From positions 22,570,001-22,634,000 of the forward strand of contig CM075988.1 in the NCBI GenBank assembly GCA_038087875.1: DNA of 64,000 nt. The letters run 5' to 3'. Positions 23,261 to 36,302 of the stretch are shown here, piece after piece (position 1 is the first letter of the stretch; every line of letters begins with the position of its first letter). Under the pieces are notes generated by a model. That model saw nothing but the letters and a program-made list of their open reading frames with translations, had not been told where the DNA came from and did no database searches. A program made the translations under genes and the position numbers. The stretch comes from Malacoraja senta. Lineage: Eukaryota.

Positions 23261-25199
23261 AGGCTATGCCGTCCGGTCTTTGCTATCTCCACCCTGGGAA
23301 CGATGTAGGAGGATACTCCTTTTAAGGGCGTGTGGGTGTCCGGTGGGCCTTCAGGCTGCGGACATAGTCTGCTGAGAACATTTTTAATTTTCGAACAAAA
23401 GTACCTCAATATTATTAAGGTCTCACCGACACCCCACACGATGTTCAGCTCCCAGATGAGCAGGGGAACCACGGGAAGAAGCACGATTTTCATTAACACC
23501 CAGTGTTAGGGCTTTAAAGGTTATGGGGAGAAGGCAGGGACAATGGCTTTGAGAAGGAAAAATAGATTAGCCATGATGGAATGGCGGAGTAGACTGGATG
23601 GAGCAAATGACCTAATTCTGCCCCTGTATCTTATAGACTATTTACTTAACTACTTATCTTATATTTCAAAGAACATCCCAGTGTTAATCAATTGCAAACG
23701 AGAGAAAAGGCAAATGTTACGTATCCTGCCCGTGTCACCTCCACACTTCTATTTGAATGGATTTTTTGTTTGTATATTATATTATCTCTTGAGTACTACA
23801 TTACAGACCTGTGATGCTGCTGCAAGTAAGAATTTCATTGTTCTGTTTTGGTACAAATGATAACTAAACTCTCGACACCTCTCTTTTTCTGAAAGACTGG
23901 AACACGAGTCGATGTGGGACTGACTAATGTGGGCGAAATTCCTTCCAACTACTGTGGCCTTCATTGCTGGCTCAACTGTGGAGAGAGTTTTATTTTTAGA
24001 GATACAACGTGGAAACAGGCCCTTCAGCCCACCGAGTCCGTGCTGACCATTGCACACCCGTACACTAGTTCTATCATACACATGAGGGACAATTTACAGT
24101 AGCTCACCGCACTTGTGCACTTGACAATAAACTCGACTTGTCTTGAAGTGTGAAGGACAAGTTTAAATTCTGTGTAAACAGATATCAAATCTCAATAATA
24201 GAAATCCTCGCTAAGTAACTCTTGGTTCATAAATTAAAGGCGCATGTATGAAATGGTTCATGTATGAACAAAAAAACAAGTTATAAGGTCATAAGGAATA
24301 GGAGTAGAATTAGGCCATTCGGCCCATCAAGTCTGCTCCACCAATCAATCATGGCTGATCTATCTCTCCCTCCTAACCCCATTCTCCTGCCTTCTCCCCA
24401 TAACCTCCAACACCCGTACTAATCAAGAAAATCAAGTTTGGGACGATATTCTTCCACAACTGTGCTGAAAAAAAATTAATGCCCCAGATGTTTAAAAAAA
24501 TAAAGTAAAGATGTTATTTCCGATTAAAGTTGTTTAACAATTTTAAAGTAAAACAAATTTAATTTAATTTGCTCAGATATTATTGCAGGGTTTATACGCG
24601 CGTGACCAAATCAGAAGCCAAGGCCTCTGGAAGTCTAGTCCAACAGCAGAACCATTGTCTTGTGAATTGCTGAGGACTTTACAACAAAATTAATAATCTC
24701 AGATTAAACAATCCCAACATACATTACCAGTTTCACACGTTATTGGAGTAGAATTAAGCCATTCGGCCCATCATGACTCCGTCATTCATCATGGCTGATC
24801 TCTGCCTCCAAATCCCATTTTCCTGCCTTCTTCCCATAACCCTTGACACCCATTCTAATCAAGAATTTGTCCACCTCAGCTTTAAAAATATCTACTGACT
24901 TGGCCTCCACAACCCTCTGTGGAAATGAGTTCCACAGATTAACTACCCTCTGACTAAAGAAGTTCCTCCCTTTAATTCTGAGGTTACAACTGCAATGAGT
25001 TATTCCAGCACTTTGTGTCTATCTTCAGTGTAAACCAGCATCACCAGTTCCTTCCTACACATGGCCAAAGATTACTGGGAAAATTCACAGTGCTGCTGCC
25101 TTGCTTTGAGCTCAATGCTGTCCGGCACGTCCCCAGAGACCAACGGGACAGTGAGGGGGCGAAGATGCAGCACCTGGGAATCCCATGCAAAAGGTAATG

Positions 25200-25650
25200 A
25201 ATGTGTAGGAAGGAACAGCAAATGCTGGTTTAAACTGAAGATAGACACAAAAAGCTGCAGTAACTCAGCGGGACAGGCAGCATCTCTGGAGAGAAGGAAC
25301 GGGTGACGTTTCGGGTCGAGACCCTTCTTCAGACTGAGAGTCGGGGAGAGGGAGACTAGAGATATGGAAGGGTAAGGTGTGAAAACGACAGTAGATGATG
25401 CTCAAGGAATTGTTAGCTGAGGGGAGGGTGACAACGAGGCGTACAATCAGTAAAATTAATGAGGAGGACAGTGAACTTAGTCGGACAACTGGGGTGGAGG
25501 AGGGTTCAGAAACAGGGAACGCAAGGGTTACTTGAAGGTGGAGAAATCAATATGGTCTGAAGAAAAGTCTATACCCGAAACGTCACCCATTCCTTCTCTC
25601 CAGAGATGCTGCCTGTCCCGCTGAGTTACTCCAGCTTTTTCTGTCTAAAA
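25200..25650. mobile_element. Penelope-derived element with inverted terminal repeats
   Basis: Minus-strand copy about 25200-25552, then plus-strand copy about 25555-25648. Confidence 0.7.
25305..25332 (-). ncRNA. Minimal hammerhead ribozyme core, in SIDT2 pre-mRNA sense
   Basis: Minus strand reads CTGAAGA-A-GGGT(CTCG)ACCC-GAAA-CG-TC. Confidence 0.55.
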
Positions 25651-26799
25651 AAAGGCAGGGAATACTACTTAGAATTCCCTCTACCCATCCCCTCATCCTT
25701 GCGATGGCCACTTGGTTAAATAGTTAGTGAATTAAAGAATCAGCTGGAAATTAGCAGCATTCATTGAGTAGAGATCTCCCAGAGTAGAAACCCGCCACAG
25801 TGCGCTCTCTGGATTTTGTCCCGATCAAAGGAGGTGCCGGACCATCAGTTGCCGGAAAGATTGGTGGTGGACCTGTACTTATTAAAATGCCAGTCTGCCC
25901 TTTAGCATTATCCACACCACTGATATCTTGTCTTCTTTCCATTGAATTCCCTGCTCTACACATGTTGACATAAATTCAATCACAGTTTAATGTGGTTAAA
26001 CAGTGACGTTACACATGATTACAATCATGTTTTCATGGTATCCACCCAGGCCCTTCCGAGAGAGCTCCAACCTTACACATTGGATGTGGCTTATGTATCA
26101 GGTAGAGTCAAAGAAACATAGAAAACAGGTGCAGGAGGAGGCCATTCGGCCCCTTGAGCCAGCACTCCCCCCCCATTCAATATGATCATGGCTGATCAAC
26201 CAAAATCAGTACCCTGTTCCTGCTTTCCCCCCCCCATACCCTTTGATTCAGTTCGCCCCAGGAGCTAAATGTAACTCTCTTGAGTCATAGACTCGTGCAG
26301 CATGGACATAGGCAGCATTTCTGGAAAAAACAGGATGGGCGATGTTTCGGGTCGGGACCCTTCTTCAGACCAAAAATATAGGCCCCAGCTTGAAGAACTA
26401 AGAAATAGGGCGAGAAAGAAGCAAACATTTTGCAGAGAGTCGATGCAATTCCAGATTCACGGGGGCGATGGGAGGACCTTTGTGGTTACGGGGAGAAGGC
26501 ATAGATCAGCCATGAATGAATGGCAGAGTAGACTTGATGGGCCGAATGGCTATAATTCTACTCCTATGATTTATGAACTTCAATCGTGATTATCAAAAGG
26601 GAATCGGAGAGGTAATAGGAAAGGAGGATATCAGGGCTGTTGGGGAGGTGTTGAGGCTGGATTGCTGTTGGAAAACCCACGGCTGGGGAAGGATGTGCCA
26701 AATGTTCTCCCTTCCACTCTGCCTTAATTTCATGAATTAACTCCAGAACTCAAGAAGCGTGCAGGAGGCTGCCTGTTTTTGTTTCGCAAGGCTCTGTTG

Positions 26800-27034
26800 G
26801 CGCTTACAACCCAGCAGCATGAATATTGAAGATATATAGACACAAAATGCTGGAGTAACTCAGCGGGACAGGCGGCATCTCTGGAGAAGATCCTTCTGAA
26901 GAAGGGTTTCGGCCCGAAACGTTACCTATTTCCTTCGCTCCATAGATGCTGCTGCACCCGCTGTGTTTCCCCAGCATTTTTGTGTACCTTCTTCAGACCA
27001 GACTGATTTCTCTAACTTCAACTAACCCTTGCTT

Positions 27035-27074
<40 letters not shown>

Positions 27075-27660
27075 CCTCCCCCCACCCTAGTTCTCTGACT
27101 AGTCTCACTGTCCTACTGATTGATTTTACTGATTGTATCCCTCATTGTCACCTTCCCCTCAACCAACAATGAACCATTCTAAATGTGTGGGAAGGAACTG
27201 CAGATGCTGGTTTAAACCGAAGATAGACACAAAATGCTGGAGTATCTCAGTGGGGCAAGCTGCATCTCTGGAGAGAAGGAATGGATGAGACCCTCCTTCA
27301 GACCATTCTACATTTCCTTAGATAAAAATGCTGGAGAAACTCAGCGGGTGAGGCAGCATCTATGGAGCGAAGGAATGGCTGATGTTTCGGGTCGAGACCC
27401 CCTTCTTCAGACTGATTTCTCCAGCACCTGCAGTTCTTTCTTAAACATTTCTCCATTTCCTTGGTCACCGTTCTGCCTTGATCTGTCGTTTTCACACCTT
27501 ACCCTTCCATATCTCTCGTCCGCCTCTCTCTCTCTCCCCTGACTCTCAATCTGAAGAAGGATCTCGACCCGAAACGTCACCCATGTTGTATCCCTTCTCT
27601 CCAGAGATGAGATCAGCCTGCCCCGCTGTGTGTTACTCCAGCTTTCTGTGTCTATCTCTG
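26800..27660. mobile_element. Cluster of nested Penelope-derived repeats with a (CT)n microsatellite (about 27038-27071)
   Basis: Multiple family copies on both strands. Confidence 0.7.
26896..26923 (+). ncRNA. Minimal hammerhead core variant with UUCG-capped stem II
   Basis: CTGAAGA-A-GGGT(TTCG)GCCC-GAAA-CG-TT. Confidence 0.55.
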
Positions 27661-27862
27661 GCCGGACGCTATCGGATCCGGGTTGCATGGATCGGCCAAC
27701 CCCTTGCTTCCGGGGCCGCCGCCGCCGTTACTGTCACAATAACAGCATCGGTGCTCGTCTTGTGATTTCACCAAATGAGTGGGAGTGGGGGGGATGGGGG
27801 GGATGGGCGGCCAAACTTGCAATTGCCAGATGGAAATAGGAGCAACAGCAATAAGTTAAACA

Positions 27863-27886
27863 ACACACACACACACACACACACAC
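27863..27886 (+). repeat. (CA)n microsatellite ((UG)n in the pre-mRNA just after the exon 1 donor)
   Basis: Direct observation. Confidence 0.95.
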
Positions 27887-27893
27887 AAAATAC

Positions 27894-28097
27894 CTTGTCC
27901 CGGGAAACCGTGTGATTGAAAGCGAATATCTTCTGCACGCTGTTGTTGACAACCACCAGGTAGACTCTGTCGAAAACACCCTTGACTTGGATAATCTCCT
28001 GCCCCAGGACCCCCTTGCCGACGTCCGTGGGCACCAGGGAGCTGAGGAGGAAGACGTTCAGTAATAAAGTCCACGCTGAACGGGACCGCGTTGGCAT
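27894..28097 (-). CDS. SIDT2: SIDT2 coding exon 1, SID1 transmembrane family member 2 (MPTRSRSAWTLLLNVFLLSSLVP...IFAFNHTVSRDK); alternative in-frame ATG at 28157
   Basis: Signal-peptide-like N-terminus; FNHTV motif; AAG|GTATTT donor; 204 nt, phase 0; position next to PAFAH1B2 supports SIDT2 over SIDT1. Confidence 0.9.
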
Positions 28098-28660
28098 GAT
28101 GGTGATGATGAAGATGGTGGTGTCGCCGCCGTGCAATGTGGAATTGTGTGCCCGCATTGCACTGGGATCGGGCTTCAGGCTTCCTCTGTGTGGCCCCGGT
28201 GGGATGCAGCGTCCTCGGGGCAGTGGGAAGAAGCCATGCCCTAGGGGTTTGTGGAGGAAGCGGGCTGGTGGTGGTGCTGGCAGCAGCAGCAGCAGCAGCA
28301 GCGATGATGTTGTGTTGGAGCGGAGACACCGCAAACTGTTACATCGGCCGGAGAATGTAGCACTTTGCCGCCGCCTCCACCAATGGCGTGCGAGCTGCCA
28401 GCCCACACAAAGGTCCAACCAGGAAGTCGCCGCCGACTACACCGCCGACACCGACACCGGTCACTTTGGCCGCCGCTCCTTGTTCATCACAGCCCGGCCC
28501 CAACCTCCTGCATTGCCGCTCCCTCCAGCCCCGTCCTCTCTACCCTGCCGCCGCCGCTGCTGCTGCTGCTGCTGCAACAAGCCGCCCCGGGTAAACAAAC
28601 GTGGCGTCATCCGCCGCCAGCCAAGCCTTCCAGCTGAGCTCCGACCAACACGAAAAGCAG
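28098..28660 (-). promoter_or_regulatory. SIDT2: CpG-rich SIDT2 5'UTR/promoter with (CAG)n and (GCC/GCT)n triplet runs
   Basis: High CpG density; ETS-like CAGGAAGT near 28420; FOX-like GTAAACA at 28591; TSS not determinable. Confidence 0.65.
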
Positions 28661-28916
28661 CCCCCCCATTGACTCCCCCCTGGTTCAATTCCTTCACAAC
28701 CGTCTGCAAGACTCTGCGGAGGGGATTGTAGTGTTCAGAAGGGAGAAAAAAAAAACCATGATATAGATTTATTATATGTCTACTGTGTCACGTTTGCCTC
28801 ATTTCAGGTCGCAGTGTATCAGGCAATGTTGTCTGGAGAGACTTCAGTACAAACAATCTATGCTGGCACTGGGTGCTACACTGTCAGAGGTACCGGGAAG
28901 ATTTTAATCCCAAACC

Positions 28917-30140
28917 CTTAAGAATAAGGAGTAAGCCATTTAGAACGGAGACGAGGAAACACTTTTTCTCACAGAGAGTGGTGAGTGTGGAATTCTCTGC
29001 CTCAGAGGGCGGTGGAGGCAGGTTCTCTGGATGCTTTCAAGAGAGAGCGAGATAGGGCTCTTAAAAATAGCGGAGTCAGGGGATATGGGGAGAAGGCAGG
29101 AACGGGGTACTGATTGGGGATGATCAGCCATGATCACATTGAATGGCGGTGCTGGCTCGAAGGGCCGAATGGCTTACTCCTGCACCTATTGTCTATTGTC
29201 TATTTTCCCACGTGTACGGAAAAAAACATGTTAGAGAACAAGGGTGTGTCTACCACCGAGACACGTAGCTGTTATCCCAACCCCAGTCTAATCAATAACC
29301 ATTTGGAAAACTGCCCATTATATTTATGTAGAGGGTGTTGGTGGAAAGTTGTTTTTCGGACTGGAGGCTATGCGATTGCCTCAGGGATTGGTGCTGGGCC
29401 CATTGCTGGTTGGGGTTTGTAGTCACAATTTGGATGAGAATGTACAAGGCATGATTAGTAACTCGTAACTGGCAATTAAACTGGCTGGTATCAAAGATAG
29501 CAAAAGATGATTACCAAAAATTACAGCAGGACTTTGATCAGTTGGGCAAGTGGGCTGAGGAATGGTTAATGTGGTTGAATGCAGATTAGTGCTCCATTTT
29601 GGGAAGTCAAACCAAGACAGGATGTTCACAGTAAACGGCAGAGCCCTGGGGCGTGTCATAGAGCAGAGAGATCTATGAGTGCAGGTACATTGTACCTAGA
29701 AACGTGCGTCACAGGTAGCTAGGATGGTGAAGAATGCTTTCGGTACATTGCCTTCATCAGTCAGGGTATTGAATATGGAAGCTGGGATGTTGTGTTACAG
29801 TTATACAAGATACTGCTGAGGCTGTGTTTGGAGTATTATGTTAAGTTTTGGTCACCCTGCTTTAGGAAGGATGTTGTTAAAGCAGGAAAGAGTGCAGAGA
29901 GTAGACCAGGAGATGAGGGCCTGAACTGTAGGGTGAGGTTGGGCAGGTTAGGAGGAGGAGGAGGAGGAGGAGGGGTGATGTTATAGAGGTGTGTATGATT
30001 ATGAGGGAAATAGATAGTGTAAATTCACAGAATCTTTTACCCAGAGTTGGGGAACAAGAACCAGGGGACATATGTTTAAGGTGAGAGGGGAAAGATTTAT
30101 TAGGAATGTACGGGGCAATTTTCTCACACAGAGGGTATAT
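28917..30140 (+). mobile_element. CR1 fragments (young 28917-29203; older degenerate about 29330-30140)
   Basis: Homology to CR1 ORF2 (LQLYKILLRLCLEYYVKFWSP). Confidence 0.75.
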
Positions 30141-30267
30141 GGAACGAGCTGTCAAAGGACACTGGCCAGAGGACACTGTCAAAATGGGGGCAGGTAGGAC
30201 TAGTGTAGATGGGGCATCTGGATTAGTATTGGCAAGTTGGACTGAAGACCCCGTTCCTGTCATGTAT

Positions 30268-30915
30268 GATAGACACAAAATGCTGAAGTAACTCAGCGGG
30301 ACAGGCAGCATCTCTGGAGAGAAGAAATGGGCGACATTTCGGGTCGAGACCCTTCTTCAGACTGAGAGTCAGGGGAGAGGGAGACTAGAGATATGGAAGG
30401 GTAAGGTGTGGAAAAGAAAGATCAGAGAGAATGGTTCACTGTTGGCTGCGGGGAAGGTGACAATGAGGCATACAATAGACAATAGGTGCAGGAGTAGGCC
30501 ATTCGGCCCTTCGAGCCAGCAACGTGATCATGGCTGATCATCTCCAATCAGTACCCCGTTCCTGCCTTCTCCCCATATCCCCTGACTCCGCTATTTTTAA
30601 GAGCCCTATCTAGCTCTCTCTTGAAAGCATCCAGAGAACCTGCCTCCACCGCCCTCTGAGGCAGAGAATTCCACAGACTCACCACTCTCTGTGAGAAAAA
30701 GTGTTTCCTCTAATGGCTTTCCTCCGTTCTAAATGGCTTACTCCTTATACTTAAACTGTGACCCCTGGTTCTGGTCTCCCCCAACATCGGGAACATGTTT
30801 CCTGCCTCTAGCGTGTCCAAGCCCTTAACAATCTTGTATGTTTCAATAATCAATACAATCAATAAAATTAATCAGGAGGAGAGTGAAACTAGTCGGAGAA
30901 CTAGGGTGGGGTCAG
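30268..30915 (-). mobile_element. Penelope-derived repeat interrupted by a CR1/HER1-like fragment (30473-30848)
   Basis: Family homology within the window. Confidence 0.75.
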
Positions 30916-31174
30916 CAGTTCCTTCCTACACATTTCGTGCTGTGTGACTCTATGAGTCCCTGGATCGGTAATCCACTTTTCTCTGGCAGTTCAAGCGCTC
31001 ATCCAGATGCTGCTGAAACGTTGTGACGGTCGGTGTGATAGGAATCCCACATCTTGTTTCCCAGCTTGGGTGGGGCTTTACCTTGGTGCCAAAAGGCAGC
31101 TGGTGTGGAATTCACATCAGTGTCCCCACGGCCTCACTCTTCACCACACCCACTGCGTCAAGGAGATGTTTCCC

Positions 31175-31962
31175 TGGCCCTCAACACCAGCAAAACCAAG
31201 GAACTGATTGTGGACTTTGGAAGGAGTAGGATGGGGACCCACAGTCCCGTTTATATCAACGGGTCGATGGTGGAAAGGGTCAAGAGCTTCAAATTCCTGG
31301 GCGTGCACATCTCTGAAGATCTTTCCTGATCCGAGAACACTGATGCAATTATTAAGAAAGCACATCAGCGCCTCTACTTCCTGAGAAGATTACGGAGAGT
31401 CGGTTTGTCAAGGAGGACTCTCTCTAACTTCTACAGGTGCACAGTAGAGAGCATGCTGACCGGTTGCATCGTGGCTTGGTTCGGCAACTTGAGCGCCCAG
31501 GAGCGGAAAAGACTACAAAAAGTAGTAAACACTGCCCAGTCCATCATCGGCTCTGACCTCCCTTCCATCGAGGGGATTTATCGCAGTCGCTGCCTCAAAA
31601 AGGCTGGCAGCATAATCAAGGACCCACACCATCCTGGCCACACACTCATCTCCCCGCTGCCTTCAGGTAGAAGGTACAGGAGCCTGAAGACTGCAACAAC
31701 CAGGTTCAGAAACAGCTACTTCCCCACAGCCATCAGGCTATTCAACTTGGCTCGGACAAAACTCTGAACATTAATACCCCATTATCTGTTTATTTGCACT
31801 TTATCAGTTTATTTATTCATGTGTGTATATATTTATATAATGGTATATGGACACACTGATCTGTTCTGTAGTCAATGCCTACTATGTTCTGTGCTGAAGC
31901 AAAGCAAGAATTTCATTGTCCTATCAGGGACACATGACAATAAACTCTCTTGAATCTTGAAT
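31175..31962 (+). mobile_element. Rex1/Babar-clade LINE 3' fragment
   Basis: NTSKTKELIVDF...FKFLGVHISEDLS*...KKAHQRLYFLRRL...LPSGRRYRSL...RFRNSYFPTAIRL; in-frame stop; (TCTTGAA)n tail. Confidence 0.8.
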
Positions 31963-33136
31963 GTCATTCTTCACTTCATATTTTCTCTTATTTTCCTCCT
32001 ATTTAAGATTTTAAGACCTATTAATGAATGAAGATATATATATTTTTTAATGAGCCAAATATATATACATACAAGGAATTTGCCTTGGTGGTTTGCTCGC
32101 AAGTAACAACACGATCTACAGTACTAGACAATTAAAAATAAAACATTATAATTTACACATGTGAAGAATGAAATAAAATACCAGAGCTCAAGGAGGCTAC
32201 AGACTTTTGGTGTTGAGTGGAGCTATTGCTTGTGGAAAAAAAGCTGTTTTTATGTCTGGCTGTGGCGGCTTTGACAGTCCGGAGTCGCCTTCCGCTCTAT
32301 GATCTTTGGTTGCTGCCTGTGTGTAGTTTGTACATTCCTCCTGTGACCTTGTGGGTTTTCTCCGGGTGCTCCGGTTTCATCCCACACTCCAGACGTACAG
32401 GTTTGTCGGTTAATTGGCTTCGGTAAAAATTGTAAGCTGCCTCTCGTGTGTTGGGTCATGCGGGTGTGCGGGGGTTTCTGGTCAGTGCGATGAAGGGCCT
32501 GGTTGCTAAACTAATCTAATCCTCCTTTGCCTCACTATCAGAATTTCCAGTGCTATGGGGAAGAGAGGTCATGGTGTCGACCTCTCCATAGATGCTGCCT
32601 CACCCGCTGAGTTTCTCCAGCATTTTGTGTCTACCTCAGGGTGTAGACTCATGTTTATTAAGACTTTGATGTGGAAGGGATAGTGCCGAGAAATGTCTAA
32701 CTTGTGTGAGGGTTTTTTAAGACTTATGATTGAGATATGGTTTCATAATGAATGTGTGATCTTGTGGCTGCTCAAAAATAGGGAGTCAATAGACAAACAG
32801 GCTTGGAGAGTGGAGTTGCTCCTTGCTGCATTGGCTTGCGAAACCAATAGTTCCTCACAGCAAGAGAGCACATAGTCTTTATGTTGCAATCTAGGAAGAG
32901 CCCAAAAAGACCCCAGCAACTTCCACAATGTGGTCACATCCAAAGTACATGTTTCAGTAACATTGATTGATGAGTAAGCATTTGCCAGGAAAAGCCAATC
33001 TTTTCAGAACATCTTAAGTCCTCGTAGGTCCAACAAATGTAAATGGTATCTCAGACTTCAGTTTAGTTTATTGTCACGTGTACCGAGGTACAGTGAAAAG
33101 CTTTTGTTTTGTGTAACTTCAGTAACGGATGGGGTT

Positions 33137-33727
33137 AGGGCGGCACGGTGGAGCTGCTGCCTTACAGCGCCAGAAACCCGAGTTCGATCCTGATTACGGG
33201 TGCTGTCTCTACGGAGTTTGCACATTCTCTCCGTGACCTACGTGGGTTTTCTCCGGGAGCTCCGGTTTCCTCCCAAGACACTCCAAAGACGTACAGGTTT
33301 GTAGGTTAACACAAACGTAGACACAAAATGCTGGAGTAACTCAGCGGGACAGGCAGCATCTCTGGAGAGAAGGAATGGGCGGCGTTTCGGGTTGAGACCC
33401 TTCTTTAGACTGATGTCAGGGGAGAGGGCGGGACAAAGCTAGAATGTAGTCGGAGACAGTAAGACATGGGAGAACTGGGAAGGGGAAGGGGATGGAGAGA
33501 GAAAGCAAGGATTAAGTTAGAGAAGTCAATGTTGGAGACAGTAAGACTAGTGGAGAACTGGGAGGAGACAGTAAGACTAGTGTTAGGTTAATTGTAGGTT
33601 AATTGGCTTTGGTAAAATTGTAAATTGTCATTAGTGTTGTGGGTGGGATGGTGTTAGTGTGCAGGGTTCACTAGTTGGCACGGATTTGGTGAGCCTGTTT
33701 CTGCACTGCATCTCTAAACTAAACTAA
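33137..33727 (+). mobile_element. V-SINE interrupted by a Penelope-derived repeat
   Basis: SINE head at 33137, tail ctaaactaaa near 33720, insert about 33312-33580. Confidence 0.75.
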
Positions 33728-34074
33728 GATGCCAACTAGGAGACTGCCACTCTCTCAGTACTTCACTTTATTTTCAAACACATAATTTATGTACTGTTAC
33801 CTCTTTGGTAATTGTGCTTTGATGCTCTGATTTTGTATCATTCACCAGTAGTGAAAACATAACCACTACCTCAATTCTTCCTGTTAATGACACAGGGGTC
33901 TCAGTGGAAATTAAGGCTGTAACGACCTGTAAGTGGAAAACAATAAGCACAAGCCAATTATCCCCAGAAGCAGCTGAGCTACAGGTTCACTGCAATCCCT
34001 TGCTAATATCACATGAATCCCTCAGGTTCAGTTCAGTTTACATTCGGCTGTGCTCCGTCTACACTTCACTAACG

Positions 34075-34765
34075 TAATCAAAGACTCGCCCCACCCTGGT
34101 CATTCCTTCTTCTCCCCACCCCTGTCAGGCAGAAGGTAGAGAAGCTTGAAGGCATGCACCACCAGACTCAGGAGCGAGCGGGCAAGATCATCTCTGACCC
34201 CTCTCACCCTGGCCACAAACTCTTTGAATCACTTCCCTCTGGAAGGCGACTCCGGATTGTCAAAGCTGCCACAGCCAGGCATAAAAACAGTTTTTATCCA
34301 CGAGTAGTTGCTCTACTCAACAGCCAAAAATCTGTAGCCTCCCTTTGATCTGGTATTTTGTTGGTTCACATGCTTGATCAATGGTGTTTTATCATTAATG
34401 TTTTATTATTATTAATGTTTAGTGTTTTCTGAGTCATTCGTAACTGTCACTGTATGTCATGTTGTTACTTGTGGGCGGAGCACCAAGGCAAATTCCTTGT
34501 ATGTGAATACTTGGCCAATAAACTTACTTACTTACTTACTTAACTTCTCCCCTTCAATAGACACAAGACGCTGGAGTAACTCAGTGGCTCAGGCAGCGCC
34601 TCTGGAGGAAAAGGACGGGTGACTTTTCAGGTCGAGAATGAAGGTCTCGACCAGAAACATCACCCATTCCTTTTCTCCAGAGACGCTGCCTGGCCCGCTG
34701 AGTTACTCCAGCTTCTTGTGTCAATCGTCGATGTAAACCGGCATCTGAAGTCCCTTCCTACACAT
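34075..34765 (+). mobile_element. Rex1-like 3' ends with (ACTT)n tail, then a Penelope-derived inverted pair
   Basis: SDPSHPGHKLFESLPSGRRLR...KNSFYPRVVALLN. Confidence 0.75.
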
Positions 34766-36274
34766 TTTGTCTTCTCTACTTTTATGTCAGGCTTCCATAA
34801 ACTAGGGTGCTGTCTGATTCACCTCCACCCCATGCGAACATTGGACTTTGTCTCTGGAACTGATGCGCTACAATGTTGAGAACTGTATTCTGCACTCTGT
34901 GCCTTCCCCTTTGCTCTACCTATTGTAATTGAGTTTGACTTGATTGTATTTGTATTAACTGATCTGATCCGATTGGATGCAAAACAAAGCTTTTCAGTGC
35001 ACTTTGGTACACGTGATGATAATAAATTAAACCTAGTCAAGTAATTGATAACAAACTATCAACGCATCAGTAGTTCCCCACTGACATTTTAAATTCAGCT
35101 TTATAAAATAGTTTCAAGTATATCCCTTTTCTTCTTTTCTGTTCTGTTTTTCTTCTTCTTTTCTTCTCTTTTTTTCTTATTTTTATTCTTTTTTTCTTTT
35201 CTTTTTTCCTCTTTTTTTATATCCTTATGGGTTCTTTCTCTCCATTCTTTCACAGACTATCAATTGTGGTACTCCAGGGGTTTACATATCACTACTTTCC
35301 TTAACCTTCTCTTTTCCCTCTTTTTCTTGCTTCTGTTACTTCTCTATTATTAAATTTAAAAGACGTTGTACACGAAATGTATTATGTTATACGCCACGGT
35401 TTATACTACTGTACATTGCTTCTAATAAAAATATTTTAAAAAAAATAAAAAAAATAAAAAAATAGTTTCACCAAAAGTGAGGTTGAAGTTTATTACTGTC
35501 ACCTGTAACCAAGAAACAATGAAAGACTTTCCTGTGCGTGCTACCTAATTAAATGAAATACTATACATGAATATAATCAAGGCAAACACAAGTGCAACAG
35601 GACAACAATGGCAACAGAACACAGACACAAAGCGCTGGAGTAATTCAGCAGGTCAGACAGCATCTCTGGAGAAAAGGGATGGCTAATGCTTTGAGTTGGG
35701 CCCCATCATTTTTCTCCAGAGATGCTGCCTGACCCACTGAGTTACTCCAGCATGTTGTGTCCATCTTCGGTATAAACCAGCATCTGCTGTTCCTTTCTGT
35801 AAATAAGCAGACTGTACAATCTGGAGTTCAAGATCATCTTTAATCGGTACCCATAATGTAGCGGTACAGCAGGTTGTTAGTTGTTAGTTCATCGTTACTG
35901 CTTCCAAGACTGACCAGTGTAGGCAGTGGGTGTTAGTATGGATCATCCAGTAAGGTGGGGTTAGTGATGCTATTTCTACTATGATTAGTTCACATGCAAT
36001 AACCAATCTACACTTTCTATACAATAACTACAGAACTATTGTATTGTTGCAAAAGGCTGGTTGACTGATAGAAATGTGTTATCCTTCCCCAGTGTAACAA
36101 AGTAGCAAAGCCTAATATTCAGGAGTCTGATCCCTTGATCCACAATATTAGGGGGAAATTAAGATTCCAGTAATTTAATAAATCTGCAATAAAGCTGTTG
36201 ATCTGGATGAGTTTAGGAATGATGACCTTGCATTGATTCAGTGCAGCCAGGGCTGAATGTGAGAAAATAAATGT

Positions 36275-36302
36275 CTGAAGAAGGGTCTCGACCCGAAACG
36301 TC
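36275..36302 (+). ncRNA. Minimal hammerhead ribozyme core at the start of a Penelope-derived repeat (to about 36403)
   Basis: CTGAAGA-A-GGGT(CTCG)ACCC-GAAA-CG-TC. Confidence 0.55.

Noticed and set aside
27982..28731. 249-aa plus-strand ORF antisense to SIDT2 exon 1
   Set aside because: CpG-island open frame with triplet repeats; no homology recognised
28780..28800. TFEB CLEAR element upstream of lysosomal SIDT2
   Set aside because: Only GTCACGTT, not a full TCACGTGA E-box
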